54,578 nt of DNA from an uncultured bacterium (GTDB lineage: Bacteria; Chlamydiota; Chlamydiia; Chlamydiales; SM23-39). Below are positions 15,651 through 28,236 of the stretch, piece after piece. Every line of letters starts with the position of its first letter. The first letter of the stretch is position 1. The position numbers and the translations under genes were made by a program. Where the stretch lies: assembly GCA_965370365.1 (NCBI GenBank), contig CBDUSP010000002.1, forward strand, positions 1 to 54,578, written 5' to 3'. The notes beneath the pieces were generated by a model. The model saw only the letters and a program-made list of their open reading frames with translations, was not told where the DNA came from and searched no databases.

Positions 15651-17566
15651 ATGAATCCCAGGAAAAAGCTGTCCGCACAGTTCGTGGTAGGGTTCTCGTT
15701 TTAGCTGGGGCTGGAAGCGGCAAGACCCGGGTCATCATCCATCGCATCGCCCATCTCATTAAAGACCATGGAGTGGACCCAAAGCAGATCGTAGGGCTCA
15801 CCTTCACCAATAAAGCAGCCCATGAGATGCGAAAGCGCCTCGAAGATTCGATCGGCCCAAAGCTTGCAAAAGAGGTCACCCTGGCAACCTTCCACAGCTT
15901 TTGCATGCGGATCTTGCGACAAGAAATTAGCCGTCTTGGATACACGCGCGATTTTAGTCTTTATGATGAAAGGGATGTGGAAAGAATCATGACCCATCTT
16001 GTAAAAGATATGCTTGGCGTTGAAAAAGATCTTCCCTCTCTGTCTACAACGCGAAGTAACATTGCAAAGGCATCAAGCCTTGGAGGGGAATCTACCTGGA
16101 CAGATGAGTTTTCAAAAGACTTATATTCTCGTCTTCAAACCACCCTTCGCGCGCATAACGCCGTAAACTTCGATAATCTGATCAACCTCACAATTCAACT
16201 ATTTACCCAGCATCCTGAAGTTTTAGATCACTACCAAGAAAAGTATCGCTACTTCATGATTGATGAGTATCAAGACACAAATCCCGCCCAGTTTCAATTA
16301 GCTGAACTTTTAGCTAAAAAATACAACAACCTCTGCGTTGTGGGAGATGATGATCAATCGATCTATGGCTGGAGGGGCGCTGAGATTGCAAATATTTTGG
16401 AATTCCGCTTCGATCACAAGATCACGCTCGAACAAAACTATCGCTCTTTGCCCTCCATTTTGGAAGCTGCCAACGCTGTTATTAAAAACAATAAAACGCG
16501 CCATGAAAAAAACCTATTTTCTCATGAAAAAGAGAGACTTCCTATTGAGGTGTTTAATGCACCGACAGAAGTTGATGAGGCAAATGCAATCGTTAAGCGT
16601 ATCCTAAAATATAAGGCTCAAGGCTTTCGCTTTAAAGATATGGCGATTCTTTACAGATCAAACTCCCTCTCTCGCAATCTGGAGATGGCCCTCATCCAAG
16701 CTTCTTGGAACCATCAAGGAAACTGGGTTCGTGGAATTCCCTATGAAATCTTTGGAGGCCTCGAATTTTCTCAAAGAGCTGAAATTAAAGACGTTTTGAG
16801 TTTTTTGCGCTTGATTGCAAACCCAAAGGATCAAGAAGCTCTTCTTCGGATTATCAACGTTCCAAGAAGGGGGATTTCCGATCGCTTCTTAGACACTCTT
16901 ACCAAGATGAACCGATCATCCCTCTTCGATCTCTTGAAACAAGTGGCAAACGATGAACTCGCATTCCCAGAACATCCGCGAGGAGTCGCTGGTGTGAAAA
17001 GCTTTGTACAGCTCATCCAAAAAACACGAGAAAAGTTCAAAACTCCACCCCTCCATGAGACGCTTTCATCTTTCTTAGAAGAGGTTAACTACAAAAAAGT
17101 GATCGAAGAAGAAGTGAAATCAGAAAAAATGAGGGCCTTTAAGTTGGAAAACATCCAAGAGTGCGTAAACGCTCTTGCCCAATATGAGGAAGAAAACGAA
17201 CCCAATTTAGCTGACTTTATCGCCAACACAACGCTTGTTTCTAACTTTGCAAAACAAGCAAATAAGGGAAATGCGGATAAAGTGCAGCTCATGACACTTC
17301 ATAGTGCAAAAGGACTCGAGTTTCCCATCTGCTTTATTGTTGGACTCGAAGATCACATTCTTCCTCACGAAAAAAGCTTAAAAGAAACAGGGATTGAAGA
17401 AGAAAGGCGTCTTTTTTATGTGGGAATGACTAGGGCAAAAAAACACTTAACTTTAAGCATGGCGCGCGTGCGCATGAATATGGGAAAAGCAAGACCAACG
17501 AATCCTTCGAGATTTTTATTCGAAATCCCAAAACACCTCTTTAAAACAACATCTCATAAAGAATGA
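15638..17566 (+). CDS. pcrA: ATP-dependent DNA helicase, UvrD/PcrA/Rep family
   Basis: Walker A is LAGAGSGKTRV. Other motifs are FMIDEYQDTNPAQ, VVGDDDQSIYGWRGA, EQNYRS and LMTLHSAKGLEF...VGMTRAK. Confidence 0.9.
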   Translation: MQKLNESQEKAVRTVRGRVLVLAGAGSGKTRVIIHRIAHLIKDHGVDPKQIVGLTFTNKAAHEMRKRLEDSIGPKLAKEVTLATFHSFCMRILRQEISRLGYTRDFSLYDERDVERIMTHLVKDMLGVEKDLPSLSTTRSNIAKASSLGGESTWTDEFSKDLYSRLQTTLRAHNAVNFDNLINLTIQLFTQHPEVLDHYQEKYRYFMIDEYQDTNPAQFQLAELLAKKYNNLCVVGDDDQSIYGWRGAEIANILEFRFDHKITLEQNYRSLPSILEAANAVIKNNKTRHEKNLFSHEKERLPIEVFNAPTEVDEANAIVKRILKYKAQGFRFKDMAILYRSNSLSRNLEMALIQASWNHQGNWVRGIPYEIFGGLEFSQRAEIKDVLSFLRLIANPKDQEALLRIINVPRRGISDRFLDTLTKMNRSSLFDLLKQVANDELAFPEHPRGVAGVKSFVQLIQKTREKFKTPPLHETLSSFLEEVNYKKVIEEEVKSEKMRAFKLENIQECVNALAQYEEENEPNLADFIANTTLVSNFAKQANKGNADKVQLMTLHSAKGLEFPICFIVGLEDHILPHEKSLKETGIEEERRLFYVGMTRAKKHLTLSMARVRMNMGKARPTNPSRFLFEIPKHLFKTTSHKE

Positions 17567-18018
17567 AGCCCCCGACAGTTATCCTTCGTCACAGAAAAGA
17601 AAACTTAAAAAAATGTTCCCTTCGCGGGCTTGAAAAAAGAGACGATTTTTGCTTTTTCACCTACCCGCAAGCAACCCTTCCTCCACTTGACTCCTACATT
17701 CTCTTGAAAGTAGGTGCACCTCCTCTTACAAAAGAAGATCGAAACAGCGGTCTCTTTTTGATCGACGGAACCTGGCGCCTTGCAAAAGTGATGGAGCAAA
17801 GCTTAAGCGGCTCTTTCATTGAAAGAAGCTTGCCCCCTCAATTTCGAACTGCATATCCAAGATGCCAGACAGAGTGCCCTGATCCTGAAACAGGGCTTGC
17901 ATCCATTGAGGCTCTTTACGCCGCCTTCTTTATTTTAGAGAGGCCTCTTGATGGGCTTCTTGATCACTACTACTGGAAGAATGCGTTTCTGCGCACGAAC
18001 CACAAGCTGCTTGCGTAA
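17563..18018 (+). CDS. DTW/Tsr3-like domain protein (possible aminocarboxypropyl transferase family)
   Basis: Motifs are LIDGTWRLAK and GLASIEALYAAFFIL. It is 151 aa, and its start overlaps the pcrA stop by 4 nt. Confidence 0.45.
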   Translation: MKPPTVILRHRKENLKKCSLRGLEKRDDFCFFTYPQATLPPLDSYILLKVGAPPLTKEDRNSGLFLIDGTWRLAKVMEQSLSGSFIERSLPPQFRTAYPRCQTECPDPETGLASIEALYAAFFILERPLDGLLDHYYWKNAFLRTNHKLLA

Positions 18019-18574
18019 TTTGCCTCGCGTAGCACTTATAGCAAACAGGGAAGTATTTTTCATCAGCACCAAGATCGACAGATGGGCCCACATTTGTAGC
18101 AACCCCATTTACATGCTTTAAGTTCATCGTCGATTTACGATTGCAATAGTGACATGTTGCCTTTACTTCCTCGATAGAGTCTGCAAGCTCCATAAGTCTT
18201 GAAGATCCCTCAAAAAGATAAGACTTAAAGTCCGTCCTCAAGCCATAGCAAAGAACGGGAATTTTAAAATCCAAGGTGATTTGACGGAATTCCTCAATCA
18301 CATTCGCTGATAAAAACTGCGCCTCATCCACTAAAATGCAATTTACTCCCGTGTAGTCAATTCCCCGAATCGATTCCACATTTTCAATAAGAACATCGGC
18401 CTGCATTTCAAGGCCGGCGCGCGATTTAATGCTCTCTCTTCCGAAACGAGTATCGAGATTCGGCTTCATCAGGAGCACTTTTTTTCCCTGATAGCGGTAG
18501 TTATGTGCCACCGCAAGGAGATTTAACGTCTTCGCACTTCCCATCGAACCATAACGAAAATACAACTTTGCCAT
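17930..18574 (-). CDS. tdk: Thymidine kinase
   Basis: The sequence has MAKLYFRYGSMGSAKTLNLL (P-loop), ILVDEAQFL, and Zn ligands CHYC...CYKC. A 30-aa Ser-rich tail is encoded antisense to the DTW gene's 3' end. Confidence 0.9.
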   Translation of the reverse strand: MAKLYFRYGSMGSAKTLNLLAVAHNYRYQGKKVLLMKPNLDTRFGRESIKSRAGLEMQADVLIENVESIRGIDYTGVNCILVDEAQFLSANVIEEFRQITLDFKIPVLCYGLRTDFKSYLFEGSSRLMELADSIEEVKATCHYCNRKSTMNLKHVNGVATNVGPSVDLGADEKYFPVCYKCYARQITQAACGSCAETHSSSSSDQEAHQEASLK

Positions 18575-18636
18575 ATTTGCCTCCGTTTTTTATCAAAGAT
18601 ACACTCAAATGAGATTTCTCTCTAGAAGAACCTGTA

Positions 18637-18797
18637 GGAAACACTGAATAACTCATTCGCCCGGTCTTCGGCCAAAACTCACCAAAAAAGATAATTTTCG
18701 ATCTGCAATAACTTTACTAAGTTCATTCCGATCTCCAAATTAACTTTTTTGGCGCTTTTGGCTCGAATCCCTGACAAAGCAGTTATTCAGTGTCTCC
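18637..18797 (+). mobile_element. 161-bp MITE-like element, copy 3
   Basis: The element runs from GGAAACACTGAATAACTCATTCGCC to ACAAAGCAGTTATTCAGTGTCTCC and is flanked by TA on both sides. It lies between the divergent tdk gene and the ORF 18845..19183. Confidence 0.85.
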
Positions 18798-18844
18798 TAT
18801 AAAAAGCTTCCTAAAAAAGCTCTCGTTGCATAAAGTGTCCTCCC

Positions 18845-19183
18845 ATGAGCACAGCATCCTTTTCCAAAGAGTTTAACAATCAATCCGTCTCTTTTTGTCT
18901 AGGAAAATTGCCTCCAGGCCTTTCCTACATCAGCGTTTCTGCACCTCCACTCACCTTTGATACAATCTATCTTGAAGCAAAGACAAGTTCACCAAGAAAG
19001 ATGCCCTTAGTTCACGGAACTTCTGATAGAATTTCAGAAATCTTTGAACATATGCAAAAGGATATTCAAGGATTTGCAATCGATGAAAAAACTCGTACGC
19101 TCACGATCCAAGTTACATCCCTTCCTTTACAGAAAAGACTTACGAGCGTTTTTTGCGATCAAAGAAAAGAAGAAGAGCGATGA
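18845..19183 (+). CDS. Hypothetical protein
   Basis: 112-aa ORF with no motif I recognise. Its 3' end overlaps the convergent dsbB gene by 44 nt. Confidence 0.35.
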   Translation: MSTASFSKEFNNQSVSFCLGKLPPGLSYISVSAPPLTFDTIYLEAKTSSPRKMPLVHGTSDRISEIFEHMQKDIQGFAIDEKTRTLTIQVTSLPLQKRLTSVFCDQRKEEER

Positions 19184-19556
19184 GAAAAAAACCAAGCGCG
19201 CTTAAGAAAGGGAAAATCGAAGAAAACCCCGCGTGTGTACACGGCACACCCATTCTGCAAATGCCCGCTCTTTGTAAAAAAGGAACATGAGGCTGCAGCA
19301 TGTGCACAAGCGCTATAAATCCCCCCAAAAAAACAATCGGAAGCACGTAGGGAACAATCGCTGACTCCCCTCTGTAAGCTGCAATGCCAAGCAAAATAAC
19401 AAGGGGGAAGAGGGCAATCCTCTGGTACCAACAAAGGGGACACGGCGGATTGCCCAAAATCTCCCCGTAAAAAACGCTTATGCAAAACCCAAAAAGAGAA
19501 ACAAGCCAAGCAAGATAGACCGCGTTTTTACGGGCGAATTTCAAAAGTGGCTTCAT
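19140..19556 (-). CDS. dsbB: Disulfide bond formation protein B (BdbC-type)
   Basis: Four TM segments, with CPLCWYQRIALFP in the first periplasmic loop and a second Cys pair, CRMGVPC. Confidence 0.8.
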   Translation of the reverse strand: MKPLLKFARKNAVYLAWLVSLFGFCISVFYGEILGNPPCPLCWYQRIALFPLVILLGIAAYRGESAIVPYVLPIVFLGGFIALVHMLQPHVPFLQRAGICRMGVPCTHAGFSSIFPFLSALGFFLIALLLFFDRKKRS

Positions 19557-20210
19557 CTATCTTTCCTCAAGTTGATGAATCTGCCTTTCAAGAGCATCAA
19601 AAGAGCTCGTCGATGTTCGAATCCCATTTACAAAAAGCATCGGTGTTCCAAATTCAGATCCGATCAAGTTTTTAGCCCAGATCAAGTTCTGATCGATCTC
19701 CTGATAATATCGGTCCGCATCCAGATTCTTTTTAAGTCTCGTTAAAGAAATCCCCCCAACACCTGCGGCTACCCCTAAAACATCCTCTCTTGAGTAGGCA
19801 CTGCTATGAGAAAGATTTAAGAGAAATGGAACAAATCGACTGGGTGCAAGGTTATAAACACTAATTGCTGCATTTGCAAAAAGCTTTGAGCGATCACTAA
19901 AAGCAACGGGAATAAATGCCAGTTCCGCTTTTCCTGGCTCTAGATACTTAGAAACAATCTGAGGAAACACATTCTCTGTAAAGATAAGGCAGTTCTTACA
20001 GAGCATATCCTCAAAAAGAACGAGCTTAATCGGCCCGTCTCCAAGCGAAGGCTTCCCTGCTATATCTATCTTTGTTGCACCGTGGGGAAGCATTGCTTTA
20101 AAAACTCCGCCCACTCCTAAAAAAAGAAGGGCTACTGCAAGCGCCCCAAAGACTGCTTTTTCTCGTATCCTCATGAGCCGCATAGTCCATATAAGTAAAT
20201 TTTCCTTCAA
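19557..20210 (-). CDS. DsbA-like thiol:disulfide oxidoreductase
   Basis: The thioredoxin-fold active site is FEDMLCKNC (CxxC), with an N-terminal anchor AVFGALAVALLFLGVGG. Its stop lies immediately upstream of, and abuts, the dsbB start. The exact start (TTG at 20210 or a downstream ATG) is uncertain. Confidence 0.7.
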   Translation of the reverse strand: MKENLLIWTMRLMRIREKAVFGALAVALLFLGVGGVFKAMLPHGATKIDIAGKPSLGDGPIKLVLFEDMLCKNCLIFTENVFPQIVSKYLEPGKAELAFIPVAFSDRSKLFANAAISVYNLAPSRFVPFLLNLSHSSAYSREDVLGVAAGVGGISLTRLKKNLDADRYYQEIDQNLIWAKNLIGSEFGTPMLFVNGIRTSTSSFDALERQIHQLEER

Positions 20211-20231
20211 TAAAATTCTCTTGCTCGACTA

Positions 20232-20260
20232 TTGACTTTTACCCTCCCTTCGACTAATTT
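20232..20260 (+). promoter_or_regulatory. Candidate sigma70-type promoter for pcnB
   Basis: TTGACT (20232..20237), a 17-nt spacer, then TAATTT (20255..20260). Confidence 0.4.
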
Positions 20261-20317
20261 TAAGTCTCGTTAAAATGCATACCTTCACGCATAAATCCCT
20301 TAAAATTAGGAATTAAT

Positions 20318-21565
20318 ATTCTGGATCTGCCAAAAATCTACTCTCTTGACGAGCATAAATTAAGCTCCGACAAGATCGACCCCCAAGCTTTTTACGTAAT
20401 TCACAAGCTCAGAGAGGCCGGCTACAAGGCCTATCTTGTAGGTGGGGGCGTACGGGATCTCTTACTCGGGCAAACACCAAAAGACTTCGACATCTCCACC
20501 TCAGCTAGACCTGAAGAAGTACGCTCTGTTTTTAGAAACGCCATTCTTATTGGGAGGCGCTTTCGCTTAGCTCACGTTCGCTTCGGCAAAAAAGTCATCG
20601 AAGTTGCCACCTTCCGCGCTGGAGAAACAGAGGAAGCCGGTCTCATTGTCCGCGATAACGTCTGGGGAACGGAAAAAGAAGACGTCCTTCGAAGGGATTT
20701 TACAATTAATGGTCTCTTTTACGATCCTGAGACAGAAGAGATTATCGACTATGTCGGAGGATATGAAGATCTTGAAAGAAGGATTTTGCGAACGATCGGG
20801 ATTCCAGAGATTCGCTTTAGTCAGGATCCCGTCCGGATGATTCGCTTGATCAAGTTCTCTGCAAGGCTTGACTTTGAAATCGACAAACCCACTTTTGAGG
20901 CGCTTCTTGGCTCTAGAAAAGAGATCGTCAAAAGCTCTTCTGCACGCATTTTCGAAGAACTCCTCCGGATGCTTGAATCGGGAGCTTCAAAGACCTTTTT
21001 TCATCTTCTCCACGAATATGGAATGCTCCAATCTCTTCTTCCAGAATTTGCCCATTATTTGAAGATTACTCCAGAAACGTCTCTCTTTTCTCTTTTAGGC
21101 GAGATCGACTCTGAAGTGAAAAAACATCAAGAGACCAAGCTCGATCGCTCGCTTCTTCTATCTGCTCTCCTCTTCCCTCTTTTTGATGAATATTTAAAAA
21201 CGCATATAGTAAGTAATCAAAAAAGAGCTCCTCATCTTGGGATAATTACACAATCTGCAAACCACGTAATCGATTGCATCTTCACCCCTTTCTTCTCAAT
21301 CCCTCGCAGGATCCGCAGCATTGTTGCATTTGTCATGACAAGTCAATACAGGTTTATTCCTCTCGATGGACGGATTTTGAAAAAGCCAAGAGCGCCAAGC
21401 GATCCTTCCTTCCCAACAGCCCTTCACCTTCTCAAACTGCGTGCAAATATCGAAACGGAGCTGCTTCCTCACTATACTCTTTGGACAGAGGTTGCATTCG
21501 ACGAGAGTGCTCAAAAAACAAGACGGCGCCCTGCAAGAAGAAGGAGACCTTCTAATGAAGCCTAA
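20318..21565 (+). CDS. pcnB: Poly(A) polymerase I / tRNA nucleotidyltransferase family, with a probable ATT start
   Basis: The continuous frame encodes KIYSLDEHKLSSDKIDPQAFYVIHKLREAGYKAYLVGGGVRDLLLGQTPKDFDISTSARPEEV...GRRFRLAHVRFG...RRDFTINGLFYD. The first in-frame ATG/GTG/TTG is at 20786, well inside the conserved domain. AGGA (20308..20311) sits 6 nt before the ATT at 20318. Confidence 0.8.
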   Translation: MLDLPKIYSLDEHKLSSDKIDPQAFYVIHKLREAGYKAYLVGGGVRDLLLGQTPKDFDISTSARPEEVRSVFRNAILIGRRFRLAHVRFGKKVIEVATFRAGETEEAGLIVRDNVWGTEKEDVLRRDFTINGLFYDPETEEIIDYVGGYEDLERRILRTIGIPEIRFSQDPVRMIRLIKFSARLDFEIDKPTFEALLGSRKEIVKSSSARIFEELLRMLESGASKTFFHLLHEYGMLQSLLPEFAHYLKITPETSLFSLLGEIDSEVKKHQETKLDRSLLLSALLFPLFDEYLKTHIVSNQKRAPHLGIITQSANHVIDCIFTPFFSIPRRIRSIVAFVMTSQYRFIPLDGRILKKPRAPSDPSFPTALHLLKLRANIETELLPHYTLWTEVAFDESAQKTRRRPARRRRPSNEA

Positions 21566-22256
21566 TTGCTCTGCTTTAAGTGTGAGTCCCGACATCACTC
21601 TCTATCACTCAGGCCCGTCACTTGATCTAGGTCCTCTCCCCTCATTTTTTTACTTTTCTCTCTCAGGCCCCGACTCACTATGCCTAGACCCGTTTAATCA
21701 ACCGGTTCAATTTCTTCAAGGAAAGATGATACGCGTGTTTTCCATGACACTTCCCGGCCATGAGCCACCACTTGAGGCAAAAGACGCTTTGCAGGTGTTG
21801 GTTGATGATTTTGCAAAAGGACGCGATCCAATTGGCGCCTTTCTCGATTCTTTTGAAACAGCTCTTGCGTTTGCGATAAAAGAGCAGTTTGTGGACCCAA
21901 AAAAAATGACTGTTGGCGGCCTTTCTCGAGGGGGGGGTATTGCTTTTCATGCGGCAGCAAGAGACGAAAGACTAAAACAAGTCCTTGCCTTTTCCCCTGT
22001 AACAAAATTAAGCAGCCTCAAAGAGTTTAAGTCCTTAAACATCACTTCTTACGATGCACCAAAGCTTGTCGATAAGCGCATTCGCATCTACATAAGCAAC
22101 AACGATACGCGCGTTGGAACAAGAAACTGTTTTGACTTTGTAGAGAAGCTTGTAGAAAGCTCCCCTAAAACAGAGCTTTTCATCTATCCAGCAATTGGCC
22201 ACCAGGGACACGGCACGCCCCCTGAAATTTTCCAAGCGGGAGCCAATTGGATCTAA
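21555..22256 (+). CDS. Alpha/beta hydrolase (prolyl-oligopeptidase / DLH-like)
   Basis: The nucleophile elbow is VGGLSRGGGIAFHAA, with a C-terminal IGHQGHG. The ATG at 21555 has an AAGGAG 8 nt upstream and is preferred over the track start at 21441, which lies inside pcnB. Confidence 0.6.
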   Translation: MKPNCSALSVSPDITLYHSGPSLDLGPLPSFFYFSLSGPDSLCLDPFNQPVQFLQGKMIRVFSMTLPGHEPPLEAKDALQVLVDDFAKGRDPIGAFLDSFETALAFAIKEQFVDPKKMTVGGLSRGGGIAFHAAARDERLKQVLAFSPVTKLSSLKEFKSLNITSYDAPKLVDKRIRIYISNNDTRVGTRNCFDFVEKLVESSPKTELFIYPAIGHQGHGTPPEIFQAGANWI

Positions 22257-23332
22257 TCATCATTGCAGCAGAACCTAGCGCCGACCTTTTAGGCGATGGG
22301 CTCATCCGTGACCTCCTTCGCTTAAATCCCGATTTAAAAATTGGAGCTGTTGCAGGACCTCTTATGCGCAAGCTTCCGATAGAGGTTATCTCTTCCATGG
22401 AAAAGCTTTGTTCTATGGGATTTATCGGGATTCTTAGCTCCCTGCCCAGACTGTTTGTACAGTTTTTTAAAATCCGAAAAGCCATTTTAAAAAGAAATCC
22501 AAAAGCAGCCGTCTTCATCGACTATCCGGGATTTAACCTAAGACTTGAAAGATCGCTTCGCAAAAAAGGTTTCCAGGGGAAAATCATCCACTATGTTTGC
22601 CCAACTGTTTGGGCGTGGGGAAAAAAGCGGATTCCTCTTTTAGAAAAAAACGTCGATCTGCTTCTTTGTCTTTTTCCTTTTGAAAAGAGCTGTTTTTCGG
22701 GTAAAAAACTCCAGGTCGAATACGTAGGACATCCACTTAAGAGGATAATCAAGCCATCACTTAAAAAAAGAACACACACGCTTGCTCTTTTCCCAGGAAG
22801 CCGTTTTTCTGAAATCGAAAAGAACTTACCTAAGCAAATCGCTGCTGCAAAAAAATTGCAAAAAGAAGATCCAAGTATTGAAGTAGCTGTTTCTATTTCC
22901 CAACCAAATAAGGAAGAGCTTATCAAAAACCTGACAAAGGATTTTCCTTGCAAGCTTGTCCTCCCGAGTGAGGCTTACTCGCTGATGAGATCAGCAAGAC
23001 TTGCTCTTGCAACCTCGGGAACGGTAACCCTTGAGCTTGCCCTTCATGGAACACCCACAGTTGTTAACTATGCAATCCGCAAACTGGATCTATTTCTTGC
23101 GCAAAAAATTTTCCGTATCAACCTTCCCTTCTACTGCATCGTCAACATCATTGCGAACAAAGAAATCTTCCCTGAGTTTTTCGGTCCTAATCTTACAGTA
23201 GACAATCTCACAAAAGCCGCAAAAGCTCTTTGGAACACGCCTCAAGAAGTGCCTACGATTCTCGACAAAAAAGATGCAAGCGTTGGTGCGGCTCTTCTTA
23301 TTCAAAAATTCTTTACTAATAACTGTTTTTAG
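22247..23332 (+). CDS. lpxB: Lipid-A-disaccharide synthase
   Basis: Motifs are IIAAEPSADLLGDGLI, VFIDYPGFNLRL, ALFPGSRFSEI and ATSGTVTLELALHGTPTVV. Confidence 0.85.
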   Translation: MDLIIIAAEPSADLLGDGLIRDLLRLNPDLKIGAVAGPLMRKLPIEVISSMEKLCSMGFIGILSSLPRLFVQFFKIRKAILKRNPKAAVFIDYPGFNLRLERSLRKKGFQGKIIHYVCPTVWAWGKKRIPLLEKNVDLLLCLFPFEKSCFSGKKLQVEYVGHPLKRIIKPSLKKRTHTLALFPGSRFSEIEKNLPKQIAAAKKLQKEDPSIEVAVSISQPNKEELIKNLTKDFPCKLVLPSEAYSLMRSARLALATSGTVTLELALHGTPTVVNYAIRKLDLFLAQKIFRINLPFYCIVNIIANKEIFPEFFGPNLTVDNLTKAAKALWNTPQEVPTILDKKDASVGAALLIQKFFTNNCF

Positions 23333-23362
23333 CATAGAGTTTCCCCCTTACAAGGAGATTTT

Positions 23363-27636
<4,274 letters not shown>

Positions 27637-27659
<23 letters not shown>

Positions 27660-27975
27660 AAAAAATAAAGAGTCCAACGCCTAAAACGATTAAAACAATC
27701 CCACCAATTTGCAAATTCTCTGCCAGATTTGAGTAGTAAGCAATTTGATCATGGGCATCGGCAATTTTTCGATCCGCTGACTTTGTAAATTGCTTTCCAA
27801 CTTCTTCTGATATTGGATTCAAAGAAAAAAGAGATTTTCCTCGACTTAGTTTTTTCTCAGCACCTGAAAGTTCAATCTTTCCCTGTGCCACCTGATCCTT
27901 GATATAGTAAGCCCCTCCAATCATTAGAGCGCCAACCACAACCAAGACTATAGAAATAATTTTTTTGAAATTCAT
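27637..27975 (-). CDS. Small membrane protein with two terminal TM helices
   Basis: 112 aa. TM helices sit at both ends (IISIVLVVVGALMIGGAYYI and IGGIVLIVLGVGLFIFYG), with a hydrophilic middle. Confidence 0.45.
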
Positions 27976-28005
27976 ACATCCTCACGCAAGTAAATCCTAA
28001 TAGCC

Positions 28006-28064
28006 GTTTAAATTTAATTTTGCAGCTTTGGGCTAGCGCCAAAGCTGCAAAATTAAATTTAAAC
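28006..28064. repeat. Perfect 26-bp inverted repeat (59-nt hairpin) in a divergent intergenic region
   Basis: GTTTAAATTTAATTTTGCAGCTTTGG (28006..28031), a 7-nt loop GCTAGCG, then CCAAAGCTGCAAAATTAAATTTAAAC (28039..28064). Confidence 0.8.
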
Positions 28065-28236
28065 GACTATATTTCAGAGATACACGAAAAAAAATTTTTT
28101 GAAAAATGAAAATTCTTCTTGCATGAATAAAAAATTTCTTACATCAGTAATGGTAAAAGATGAGAAAAGCGGGCGGACCCATCCTCAAAAGGTTCACATG
28201 AGCGGATCTCTTCTCAAGCTAACGAAGGAATGTTAC

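Noticed and set aside
19159-19509. 116-aa alternative-frame ORF inside dsbB, and similar nested ORFs inside murJ, the MFS transporter, glgB, ligA, uvrC and others.
   Set aside because: They are entirely contained within longer ORFs that have clear family motifs, and they show no independent signals.
20604-20840. 78-aa plus-strand ORF in the track within the pcnB region.
   Set aside because: It is out of frame with the continuous, strongly conserved nucleotidyltransferase frame, which is open from 20264 to 21565.
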